Source: Candidatus Eiseniibacteriota bacterium
GTDB lineage: Bacteria; Arandabacterota; Arandabacteria; Arandabacterales; Arandabacteraceae
Direction: 5' to 3'
DNA length: 64,000 bases
Assembly (NCBI GenBank): GCA_043808325.1
Contig: JAZDEY010000031.1
Span: 10,997-74,996 of the forward strand
The notes under the pieces were generated by a model that had not been told where the DNA came from, ran no database searches, and was given only the letters and a program-made list of their open reading frames with translations. Shown one piece after another: positions 1-8,822 of this stretch (its first letter is position 1; each line of letters begins with the position of its first letter). Both the position numbers and the translations under genes were made by a program.

Positions 1-3000
1 GGTGAGTGGAATGCGACGTTGGACGGTGCTACGTATACTGGACAGTGGAAGGGCGTCGCACTGCTCGACTCCTCTCAACGCAGGATTGACCTAAGGGGGG
101 CAATATCGGGCGACCTGGTCGGTACCTGCGAAGGTTACATAGAGGAGTCTGCACCTGGAACGGGAATTTACAGCCAGTATCGGGCGAGCTGGGGGTTGAA
201 TAGCGTCGGCTCCGCTGCTGGTCCACGTGCTCTCGAGCTTAGTGGGGTTCTAGTCTACGACGGAGTGCGTGAGTCTCCAATTGCGCTCTCCATATACCAG
301 GGGCTGATGGAAGGGCAATTGCATGGCAGATACGCAGGACCGATGAATGCAATGGTGACGCGTGCCTGTGTGACCGATGGAAATGAGATGGAAGGGAAAG
401 GCTTCGCTGTGATCTCCTACAATTCCAGCCTGGGTTCTGGGCTCGGCTGGGGTTTTGTCGGCTCCTGTTCATCAATCCGAGGAGTGTGTGATGAACCGCT
501 CGCTGGGACGCTCTCCGCCTTTCTAGACACAGGGCAGTCGCCAGCAGAACTTCACGGCTTCATACACCGTGGCGATCCTGAGCAGTTTTTGCTGCCTGAT
601 CTACAGTTGACGATATGGGGGCCCGGCCGAGTTAGTCCGGGCCAGACAGTAGACTACCTCATCCAGTGCAGGAACGCTGGGTTGATGCCGACTGCAGATA
701 TCAGCATAGTCAGCAAGCTTCCCTATCTCGCAGAATATCTGACAAGCTCGAGTGGAGGTATCTATAATGTGGATGCTCAGGAACTCACATGGAACCTGGG
801 TAGCATACCTCCGACGTCGGTCAGACTGATGTCTTTTCGGGAGACAATGGCATGGGGCATCCCGGAGGGCAGTTCTGTTGAACACAGTGTTTACGCACCA
901 CTTGAGCGCACCGAGGTGCCAGTTGATTCAAATGTGACTGTCTCGTATGAGATTCTCGAAGAGAGCGAAGACTCTCTTGTAATCGAGGCGACTTTTTCCA
1001 GCAATACTGATAGCGGTAGCGTGCATCTGGCCCTCTCTGTTACCGACGTACCAGAGGAAGCAGAGCCACTTCTGAACGCTACTGAGATTCCTGGAGGCTT
1101 GGAATACCGTTGGGAATTCACCGTAGAAGGGCATTCGACGGACGTGATTAAGGCGGCTTTCGAGACATCGAGAGACGCTTCTGATATCACTGATCGATGG
1201 GTAGAGGTTCGGGATGCTAGAGTGGCTCAAGGAGAGCATCAAAGATTCCTGGACTGGCTTCGAGACGAAGGTCTAATCGGGCAGGAGACCCATTCAACCT
1301 ATACGTTCTGGAACGGCTTCAGGACCAGAATCCCTGTTATCCGTTGGCTTGTGAGTAGAGTGCCCAGATTTGGATGGATTGAAGGGTGGTTCCCAAAAGG
1401 CACCCCCTTTGGAAGCAGTTATGCCAACTCGATGTTGTGGGCCGAGATCTTGCCTAGTCTACAGTTCAAGTGGTATTCGGGCGAAATACCGTTTGAAGCC
1501 GATACCTTGGACAAATTGTATATGTTCTGGAAGCGAGAGATATCGTGTGGAACTGGCGATTGCGTTCATGATGCATCCTGGGCTGCCAGCACGATTACGA
1601 CTGCGCGCGATCCCAATATCAAGCATGGTCCTGCTGAAAGCATTCAGCCTGGTCAGACGTTGGAATATGAAATCGAATACGAGAATGAGGGAGAAGGTAT
1701 CGCATTCGGCGTTTACATCACAGACATTCTGGATGACGATCTTGATGAAACTAGTCTGACCATAGAAGATGGGGGCAGCTACGACGTCTCAACTCGCACG
1801 GTCACGTGGATGGTCGGACGAGTTGATCCTGGCCAGACGGGAACTGTCATCTTCAGCATCAACCTTAGGAGTAATGCGCTTCCTGGTACTGAGGTGATCA
1901 ACTATGCTACTGTGTACTTCCCTAGCGTCCCGGAGATCACGAGGACTAACGGCGTAGTATGCAGGGTCCCCGTGAACGAGCCGCCTATTGCAGATGCTGG
2001 GCCCGATCAGACAGTGGAATGCTCGTCCTGCGAAGGTGCTCAGGTGATCTTGGATGGATCGGGCTCAAGCGACCCCGACAACGACCCGCTGACCTTTGCC
2101 TGGTGTGAGAACGGCCACATCATCGCTGGCCCGATTGCCGACCCGATTTCTACTGTAGTACTTGCATGCGGCACCCACAACGTCGGGCTCACGGTCGACG
2201 ATGGTCAGGGCGAGAAGGACACCGATGAGGTCCTGATCAATGTGGTCGACACTACGCCACCGGTGATCACGGTTACTCTCAATCGGGATGTGCTCTGGCC
2301 GCCGAGCCACAAGCTGGCCGACATCATGGCCCACGTGGAAGTCAGGGACATCTGCGATCCGGCTCCAACCTTCGTGCTGGTTGCGATCACGAGCGACGAG
2401 CCGGACAACGGGCATGGAGACGGCGATACCCCGGGAGATGTTCAGGGTGCGGACTTTGGCACGCCGGACCTTGCCTTCCAGCTTCGGTCCGAGCGCAGCG
2501 GGGGCGGCGGCGGGCGGATCTACACGATCACCTACCTGGGCTTGGACCATTCCGGCAACTCGACCCCCGTCGAGGTCTATGTGCGTGTGCCGCACGATCA
2601 GTCCGGGATGGCGCTTGCCGCGCAGGGCTACAGCTCGGATGGCACTTGCTTTGATCCGGTGAGTGAGAGGTTTGCGGTTGTGATCCCATCGAGCGAGGCG
2701 GGGGCACTGGATGCCACCGGGATTGACCCCGCTAGAGCTTACATCGGGAACCTGAAGGGCGTCCTGGTCGCTCAGGATCACCTTGAGCTTGATGCCACCG
2801 ACGACGGCCTCAGGGATCTTGTGCTCTGGTATTCGCTGGTGGACGCTCAATGGCTGTTCGGATCCACGGTCATGAGTGCCGAGAATGCGTGGCTCCGCGT
2901 GGCGTTCGATCCCGAGGCGCCTGGCGCGCCCGTGGATCTAGGCGACCCGAGGGCGCCGTACGGTCCGGTCGGACTGCACTACGTGTGCGCTGACGGCATT

Positions 3001-3369
3001 GACTATCTTGTGCCGAACATCTTCCAGCTGGGAGTGCCGTTGCAGCTCGAGGGAGCAGTCAATGCTTCCGGTGTTGACGACCGGCCGATTCAGGGCACGG
3101 CGCTCTTGCCGATCCGTCCCAATCCTCTCCGCCAGACTACGATCATAGCTTTCAATCTGGCTGCGCCGGGATCGGTGAATCTTGACATCTACAATGTTCG
3201 GGGCATGCTCGTGCGAACGCTCGAAGACGGCGTGCTCACGGCCGGCGAGCACAGCTCGGCATGGGATGCCAGAGACTCGGTGGGGAGGCCCGTGGCCGCT
3301 GGGATCTATTTCGCGCGGTTCCGTGCAGGTGGCATCCAGACCATGCAGAAGATGTTGCTGGTGAGGTGA
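1..3369 (+). CDS. Large secreted/surface protein, T9SS cargo. Contains a DUF11-like conserved repeat, a PKD domain and Ig-like domains, and ends in a T9SS type-A (FlgD-Ig-like) C-terminal sorting domain. Probably 5'-partial: frame open to nt 1, first in-frame TTG at 19.
   Basis: ORF 19..3369 stays open upstream to nt 1. PKD-like segment 'ADAGPDQTVECSSCEGAQVILDGSGSSDPDNDPLTFAW'. C-terminus 'LPIRPNPLRQTTIIAFNLAAPGSVNLDIYNVRGMLVRTLEDGVLTAGEHSSAWDARDSVGRPVAAGIYFARFRAGGIQTMQKMLLVR' matches the T9SS/Por C-terminal sorting-domain pattern. Confidence 0.8.
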   Translation, partial: GEWNATLDGATYTGQWKGVALLDSSQRRIDLRGAISGDLVGTCEGYIEESAPGTGIYSQYRASWGLNSVGSAAGPRALELSGVLVYDGVRESPIALSIYQGLMEGQLHGRYAGPMNAMVTRACVTDGNEMEGKGFAVISYNSSLGSGLGWGFVGSCSSIRGVCDEPLAGTLSAFLDTGQSPAELHGFIHRGDPEQFLLPDLQLTIWGPGRVSPGQTVDYLIQCRNAGLMPTADISIVSKLPYLAEYLTSSSGGIYNVDAQELTWNLGSIPPTSVRLMSFRETMAWGIPEGSSVEHSVYAPLERTEVPVDSNVTVSYEILEESEDSLVIEATFSSNTDSGSVHLALSVTDVPEEAEPLLNATEIPGGLEYRWEFTVEGHSTDVIKAAFETSRDASDITDRWVEVRDARVAQGEHQRFLDWLRDEGLIGQETHSTYTFWNGFRTRIPVIRWLVSRVPRFGWIEGWFPKGTPFGSSYANSMLWAEILPSLQFKWYSGEIPFEADTLDKLYMFWKREISCGTGDCVHDASWAASTITTARDPNIKHGPAESIQPGQTLEYEIEYENEGEGIAFGVYITDILDDDLDETSLTIEDGGSYDVSTRTVTWMVGRVDPGQTGTVIFSINLRSNALPGTEVINYATVYFPSVPEITRTNGVVCRVPVNEPPIADAGPDQTVECSSCEGAQVILDGSGSSDPDNDPLTFAWCENGHIIAGPIADPISTVVLACGTHNVGLTVDDGQGEKDTDEVLINVVDTTPPVITVTLNRDVLWPPSHKLADIMAHVEVRDICDPAPTFVLVAITSDEPDNGHGDGDTPGDVQGADFGTPDLAFQLRSERSGGGGGRIYTITYLGLDHSGNSTPVEVYVRVPHDQSGMALAAQGYSSDGTCFDPVSERFAVVIPSSEAGALDATGIDPARAYIGNLKGVLVAQDHLELDATDDGLRDLVLWYSLVDAQWLFGSTVMSAENAWLRVAFDPEAPGAPVDLGDPRAPYGPVGLHYVCADGIDYLVPNIFQLGVPLQLEGAVNASGVDDRPIQGTALLPIRPNPLRQTTIIAFNLAAPGSVNLDIYNVRGMLVRTLEDGVLTAGEHSSAWDARDSVGRPVAAGIYFARFRAGGIQTMQKMLLVR

Positions 3370-3790
3370 GGGATCGTCCTCGATTCGGGGACAGGACCCG
3401 GCCGGGACTTAGGGCCCGGCCGCTCTAGGTTGCGAGCCTGGCCGCCTCGTCATGATCGATGAAGCAGCCAGGCTTCTTAGTAACCCTCTTTCTGGATGGG
3501 CGGGAACCAAGAGTCTTTGATGGTTGCTTTTCTCCCTGATGGGACCAGTGGGGTTGGTCCTGCCCATCCGACAGATGTCCTCCCACTCAGGTTGTCAAGG
3601 GGCTGACAATAGCCGGATGCGCGGAGGATGCCCCCACGAGGATTGCGCGATGGCGGAGCTTCCCCCCGTTGGTTGGACAGTTTCTGGGGTAGAATAAGCT
3701 AATTTTTGGTCGCTCGTCCACCTCCTTGTTCTGACTCCTTGGCGCCCCCGGAGTGGCGGACACACCACCCGAATTCTGACCCTCGGCACC

Positions 3791-4033
3791 TTGTTTGAGC
3801 CTCCTGCGACCACCGGCGACTGGGTCACCAACCACCAAAACGTGATCGTCACTGGCCCCACCGGCTGCGGCAAGACCTTTGTGGCCTGCGCCCTCGCACA
3901 CAAGGCGTGTCGGCAGGGCCATCGGGCCATCTACTTCTATGCACCCAAACTCTTCCGCAGCCTTACCCTCGCTCAGGCTGACGGCAGCCTACCCAGCCTC
4001 CTTAAGAAGATCGCCAACACCTCTACCTCCGTC
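3791..4033 (+). pseudogene. istB: Truncated IS21-family IstB (transposition helper ATPase) fragment. Only the Walker-A region survives; downstream ORF sequence is low-complexity and non-homologous.
   Basis: 'NVIVTGPTGCGKTFVACALAHKACRQGHRAIYFYAPKLFRSLTLAQADGSLPSLLKKIA' matches the IstB Walker-A/ATPase core. The N-terminal ~100 aa and C-terminal half are absent. The translation turns into S/T/P-rich low complexity after ~aa 80. Confidence 0.6.
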
Positions 4034-4276
4034 CTCGCCGTCCCTGCCAAATCCACCGCTTCCATCACCAACTCCCATCTCGCCCTGCACTCTAAACTAT
4101 CCTCGGTTCACTGTCTCACCATTATTGGCAGAGAGGGTCAGCAGGAAGCTATCACCTGCGGAGTCATAGGCAAGACGGGCTGCCTCATTGCGTCAACCTT
4201 GAACCGTGATGCTTCAGGCAGACCTCGGGGTCACATCCAACGCCCTATCACCTCGAGTGCGGTGACGCTCTGTTGC

Positions 4277-5269
4277 TCAGACTCTCCCGGATAAGTATCT
4301 CGCCATAAGGGGGAGCATTCGATTGAGGTTCCCTATCGTTCCCCCACGTTTGTCAGCTCTCCCCCCGAATTCTATGGGAAGATAGGTCTTCCAGACATCG
4401 AGCTCGAAATCATCCTCATCAGTAGCTTCGCTACCCACAAAGCTACTCAACAAGCGCCCCGTATCCTTGTCCTCGAAGAGGTGGTACAAGTCTGGGTGTT
4501 CCGAGATGAGGCCGCGCACTACCGACGGATAAGTTAGGAGGAACTGCCTGAGTCCATAGAAGTTCCTGTGAATGTGACCCTGCAGATTAGACTGGCCCAG
4601 AGCCCGGTCATAGACTACATCTGCTGCCTCTTCGGGTTGCTGCTGAAGCCATGTCTTGAAAGCTTCGTAGTCACCAAAACGGGGATTCATATCACGAGAA
4701 ACCTGAGGAATCCGGTCTTCCTGTGATACCGGTAGTTGTCTCCTCCTGCGCTCCCGCTGGTATCGCCGAACGCCAGCCCGGTGCTTCCGAACGTAATCGG
4801 AGAGTTCATCAAGGGTAGTGGCTCTCAGCCCCACTCTATAACCATCAAGCGCCTTCCTAAGCCGCTCCACCACTCTGAGGGATTTCGTCCGTTGGATGAC
4901 CTCATCCCCGCCACCAAAACCCCGAACGGAGAAATTGGAGCTTCCTACGAGCGCTTGAGCACTGCCTATGTAGACCTTTGCGTGTGCCAACGGACTGGTG
5001 TAGAGACTGACTCTGGTTCCAGCCTCTAAACAGCCCTGGAGCATCTCGAGAAGTGCGTCCGGAGCCACCAGCCCCTTCTTCCATTCATCTGGTGAGTCCA
5101 AGTCAAGTCTGCACATGAAGTTGAACCGTGCAGGCGTGAATCTTACTTTAGAGAATGCCCCTGTAGAGTAGAACCCGGTTGCGAAGTCGAGCCGTCCTCC
5201 GTCGAGCCCAATCCGTTCAAGGTCAAGAAAGGTGGGCCCCGCTATCAGGTCAAAGTCCCTCAGCCTCAT
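4277..5269 (-). CDS. PLD-superfamily (single HKD-like motif) protein, putative nuclease. The C-terminal ~200 aa are uncharacterised.
   Basis: HKD-like motif 'HAKVYIGSAQALVGSSNF' (HxK...GSxN) near the N-terminus. ATG at 5269 preceded by GGAGG 7 nt upstream on the minus strand. Divergent from the MTase gene. Confidence 0.55.
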   Translation of the reverse strand: MRLRDFDLIAGPTFLDLERIGLDGGRLDFATGFYSTGAFSKVRFTPARFNFMCRLDLDSPDEWKKGLVAPDALLEMLQGCLEAGTRVSLYTSPLAHAKVYIGSAQALVGSSNFSVRGFGGGDEVIQRTKSLRVVERLRKALDGYRVGLRATTLDELSDYVRKHRAGVRRYQRERRRRQLPVSQEDRIPQVSRDMNPRFGDYEAFKTWLQQQPEEAADVVYDRALGQSNLQGHIHRNFYGLRQFLLTYPSVVRGLISEHPDLYHLFEDKDTGRLLSSFVGSEATDEDDFELDVWKTYLPIEFGGRADKRGGTIGNLNRMLPLMARYLSGRV

Positions 5270-5480
5270 CTGGAACCTCCTCGAGAATCAACAGACAGCA
5301 TAAGCCTGCTATCGCCTGCTCACGCCTGAGTATATTCCAGCCTCCTCCCCACATCAACCCCGCCCCGCTGGTCTGGTCGTCAGTCCAGAATGAGATATTG
5401 CAGTCTCGGGCACAATGGAATACTATCTGCGTGACTTGTGTGGGATGAACGTGGCTTCTGCTTAGGGCTATGGTGACACC

Positions 5481-8321
5481 TTGTTCAGAGAAGAGGTAAT
5501 AAACGTCAAGATGGCAGAGCTCCTCTGCGATTACGGTCTTGACGCCATTCCCGAGACGATTACTCCACATAAGAAGCTGCCGGACGTCAGCATTCTGGTG
5601 CGAGGCACAAAGCTAATCCTTGAAGGTAGGAAAGCCTCTCAGAGAGCTCAGCTTGAGAAAGACGCCAAGGGCAGGATTGAGCAGGGATTGTGTGACATCA
5701 GTATGGCGATTGTGTATCACCCCGAGCTTTATGCCTGCACAACGACCGAGAAGCTGGCAGATAGCCTAAGAGTCTATTCCTACGGGGGTCGTCTCTTCTA
5801 TCAGACGAAGGAGGGAATCAAGCAAGAAACGCTTGCCGGGGTGGACATCGAGACTCTTGTAGCGTCGATTAATGCCGGGGTGAGCCTGCTTGTGGACAGT
5901 GACGTCCTCGCGGCGACAGTCGATGAAGTAAAGGGCAAATTGGAGCAGATAGTCGAGTATGCCTCGGCTGGCAGCTTCTGGTTCGACGAGACAGTAATCG
6001 CACGCCTTAAGGAAGCTCTCGGGCTTGAGGAAGAAGATGAAACAGAGAAATTCAAGAAAGACCTTATAAGGATAGCTATGTTCGTTCTGTTTGACGGGAT
6101 GGTCTTTCATGAGATGATAGCCAACTGCCGCATCAAGGTGGACTCGCTCACCCTTTGCTCAGAATCGCAAAAGCTATTCTTCGATGATGAGTGGAAAAGG
6201 ATTCTGAAGATAAACTATGAACCAATATTCAATCTCGCGTTCTGCATCCTCAGTGCGCTTCCAACGGGTAGCCCGGAAACCGAGAGTCTGCTGAAGAACT
6301 TGCGAGAACTGGCACTTCGAACCGTGGCGACAGGCATCCTCCGAAAACACGACTTCATGGGAAGGATATACCACAAGCTTCTGCTCAAGACCACGGGGAA
6401 GTATTACGCCACCAATTACACGGCAGTTCCGTCTGCCTACCTGTTGGCCTATCTGCTCTACAAGACTCCCAGCGACAGTCTGCCCCTGTCGAGCATGAGA
6501 GACTTGAAGGCAATGAGGATTATAGACCCGGCCTGTGGCTCGGGGACTCTGCTGTCAGCGAGCTATGTAGCGCTGAGAGACATTTATGCATGCGTGCTCA
6601 CGGCAGATGAGTTACCTGACTTTCACAAGACCCTTCTGCAGAAGACCATCTATGGATGGGATGTCCTGGACTATGCAACCCATCTGACGCTGACCGTTTT
6701 GGGGCTTCACAGCACACCCACCTTGGTCAGGAAGACCAATATGACCACGCTCGCCAATGGCGCCGATGATACGGGCACTTACTTGGGCAGCCTCTCATAC
6801 TTGAATCTTCACGCATCCCTTAAGGGGAAGACATGGGTGAAGCCTTCGAAGACCCAGTCTATGGACAAGGTGACCCAGACCTATAAGCCGATGAACATAC
6901 CACCGGGCACATTCAACGTAGTCATAATGAATCCGCCTTTCTCGAGGAGCGCTAAGCCGAACTGCAAGTTCGGATACAAGTCAGAGGTCATCAAGAAGAG
7001 GATGGCCGCAGAGCTGGCGAAAATCCTCGTCTACAGTGGACTGGATGGAACTGGCCAAGCGGGTCTAGGAGCCCCGTTCATCGGCCTCGCAGACAACCTC
7101 TTGAAGCCGGGCGGGCGATTAGGTGTCGTAATACCTCGTGCCATTCTGTCAGGTGTCTCATGGAAGAAAATCCGGGATCTCCTCCACAAAGACTACGAGA
7201 TTAGATACATAATCTCGAACCATGACCCTGGAGACCGGGCAAGTGGCGTGGAGCCCTGGAACTGGAGTGAGGATACTGACTTGGGCGAGGTTATGATTAT
7301 CGCTGAGAAGACCACTAAGCTTCCGGCAGACAGAGAAACGGTTTACGTCAACCTCTGGAACAAACCAAGAAATGAAGTTGACTCGATACTTATATCTCAT
7401 CAGATTGTTTCGAAGCGCCCCGAGGGACTCCTCAGCGAAGGCGTGTTTGAGACTTTGAAGATGAAGCGGGATGTGGAAGTGGGCACTTTCTACAGACTCC
7501 GGCAATCGGAGCTTGCTGATGGCTGGCTCGCTCCTTGCTTGTTTGCCAACCCCAGCCTTAACAGATTCACGATGGAGCTGAGGCAGATGTTGCCGACTGC
7601 CGGCATCCACGGCCTTCTGAAGACCTGGAGCTCAATGAACAAGACAGGTCCTGTGCGGTGCTTTGACGGTGTTGATATCAAGCAAGTGAAAACCGCCTTC
7701 GAGCAAACCTCGGTGCAAACAGAGTTCCCTATCCTGTGGGGGCAACAGTCGGCAATGAATCGGCTCTATCTCGGTGAGGATTTCATCGGATATGGCAGGG
7801 CCAAGTCTGCCGATTCCGCTCGATTGCACGAGATTAACAAGTCCTCGTTTATCCTATCTGAGCGGCCTCATCTTCATAATGATGCTCTGATAGCTTTCAG
7901 GACAGCAAGAGCGGTGCTCACTACGGCGTTCTGGGAGCTTGGGTTTCGAGATGCTGAGATAGAGCCTCTAATGCTCCTATGGTTTAATTCCACCTTCGGG
8001 TTGCTCCTATACCTGTCAGCCTCTACGAGCAGCATGGGCGAGATTTTCAAGACCAAGAAGGCCCAGATGAGCCTCATGAGGGTTATTGACCCTGGTAAGC
8101 TCAAGGAAGGGGCCTCCGTCAGGAGCGCCGAGTTATTCAAGGCTATCAATGAGAGGGAGTTCAGGGCGTTTCCCGAAGAGTTCGCGCTCGCTGCAAAGGG
8201 CGAGGGTCTAAGGGCCGAGGTTGACAAGTTCTTTAGCGACGAGCTCGAGCTTGCTTATGACTTAAGGCCATACTACGAGATGTTGGCAAACGAGCCCGCA
8301 CTGACACTCAAGCGCCTCTGA
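5481..8321 (+). CDS. Large gamma-class N6-adenine DNA methyltransferase fusion protein. Candidate single-chain Type IIG/IIL (MmeI-like) restriction-modification enzyme: N-terminal putative nuclease region, central MTase, C-terminal target-recognition region.
   Basis: SAM-binding motif I 'IIDPACGSGTLL' (~aa 355) and catalytic motif IV 'VIMNPPFSRS' (~aa 485). Order I then IV with ~130 aa spacing is typical of the gamma class. Size (946 aa) and domain order parallel MmeI/BpuSI-type enzymes. N-terminal 'LPDVSILVRGTKLILEGRK' is a possible degenerate PD-(D/E)xK. TTG start at 5481, alternative ATG at 5511. Confidence 0.6.
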   Translation: MFREEVINVKMAELLCDYGLDAIPETITPHKKLPDVSILVRGTKLILEGRKASQRAQLEKDAKGRIEQGLCDISMAIVYHPELYACTTTEKLADSLRVYSYGGRLFYQTKEGIKQETLAGVDIETLVASINAGVSLLVDSDVLAATVDEVKGKLEQIVEYASAGSFWFDETVIARLKEALGLEEEDETEKFKKDLIRIAMFVLFDGMVFHEMIANCRIKVDSLTLCSESQKLFFDDEWKRILKINYEPIFNLAFCILSALPTGSPETESLLKNLRELALRTVATGILRKHDFMGRIYHKLLLKTTGKYYATNYTAVPSAYLLAYLLYKTPSDSLPLSSMRDLKAMRIIDPACGSGTLLSASYVALRDIYACVLTADELPDFHKTLLQKTIYGWDVLDYATHLTLTVLGLHSTPTLVRKTNMTTLANGADDTGTYLGSLSYLNLHASLKGKTWVKPSKTQSMDKVTQTYKPMNIPPGTFNVVIMNPPFSRSAKPNCKFGYKSEVIKKRMAAELAKILVYSGLDGTGQAGLGAPFIGLADNLLKPGGRLGVVIPRAILSGVSWKKIRDLLHKDYEIRYIISNHDPGDRASGVEPWNWSEDTDLGEVMIIAEKTTKLPADRETVYVNLWNKPRNEVDSILISHQIVSKRPEGLLSEGVFETLKMKRDVEVGTFYRLRQSELADGWLAPCLFANPSLNRFTMELRQMLPTAGIHGLLKTWSSMNKTGPVRCFDGVDIKQVKTAFEQTSVQTEFPILWGQQSAMNRLYLGEDFIGYGRAKSADSARLHEINKSSFILSERPHLHNDALIAFRTARAVLTTAFWELGFRDAEIEPLMLLWFNSTFGLLLYLSASTSSMGEIFKTKKAQMSLMRVIDPGKLKEGASVRSAELFKAINEREFRAFPEEFALAAKGEGLRAEVDKFFSDELELAYDLRPYYEMLANEPALTLKRL

Positions 8322-8822
8322 GCAATGGTCGCCCCCGACAGGCTTGTGCAAGACCCTTCCCCTGTTTGCCGTCAGATGAAAGTGGACACGAGAGGGGTAT
8401 AATCTAAGCTGCACTTTGGAGGTCTTCTTGGCCTCAGCCCATTCCTTGTAACTGATTTTTTCACAATGGGTTAGGAGATTCTGCAATTGGCTTGGCGGTG
8501 TTCGTCTAATTGCTTCAATATCAACGAGATGCAGAAAACGAGACCAACGTGAAACCAATTCTACATTCGAGGCATCTTTCTGCCTTCTCGTCGCTTCTTC
8601 ATCTCTCGCTGTCTTCCTGGTTCTCCTCAGTCGCATTTGGGACAAACGAGTCGATAGTCCTCTCAATCAGATCACTTTCCTTTCGGATCGCGCAGACAGA
8701 TACGTAGCTAGTACCCGCAGAATGACCGGGGGGCGGATGTTGCCCATGGCGTTCTTTGGAGGTGCACACAATCCCGGGGAATTGCTGCTCATCTTCCGAG
8801 ATATAGGAACACGAAGGGTGGG

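Noticed and set aside
1370-2850. Internal/antisense ORFs (1370..1759 +, 2065..2850 -, many 60-250-aa minus-strand ORFs throughout the window)
   Set aside because: Entirely embedded in well-supported genes on the other frame or strand. Typical high-GC shadow ORFs with Arg/Pro/Ala-rich low-complexity translations.
3380-3450. GC-rich hairpin ('cggccggg actta gggcccggccg') after the T9SS cargo gene as a rho-independent terminator
   Set aside because: Stem is present but there is no downstream T-tract. It may still terminate in a high-GC host, but cannot be called from sequence alone.
8262-8666. 134-aa minus-strand ORF (Arg-rich N-terminus) in the AT-rich region
   Set aside because: Its C-terminal 20 codons overlap the MTase 3' end. 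There is no RBS or recognisable motif. It is likely an ORF artefact of AT-rich DNA. Retained only as a note in the island finding.
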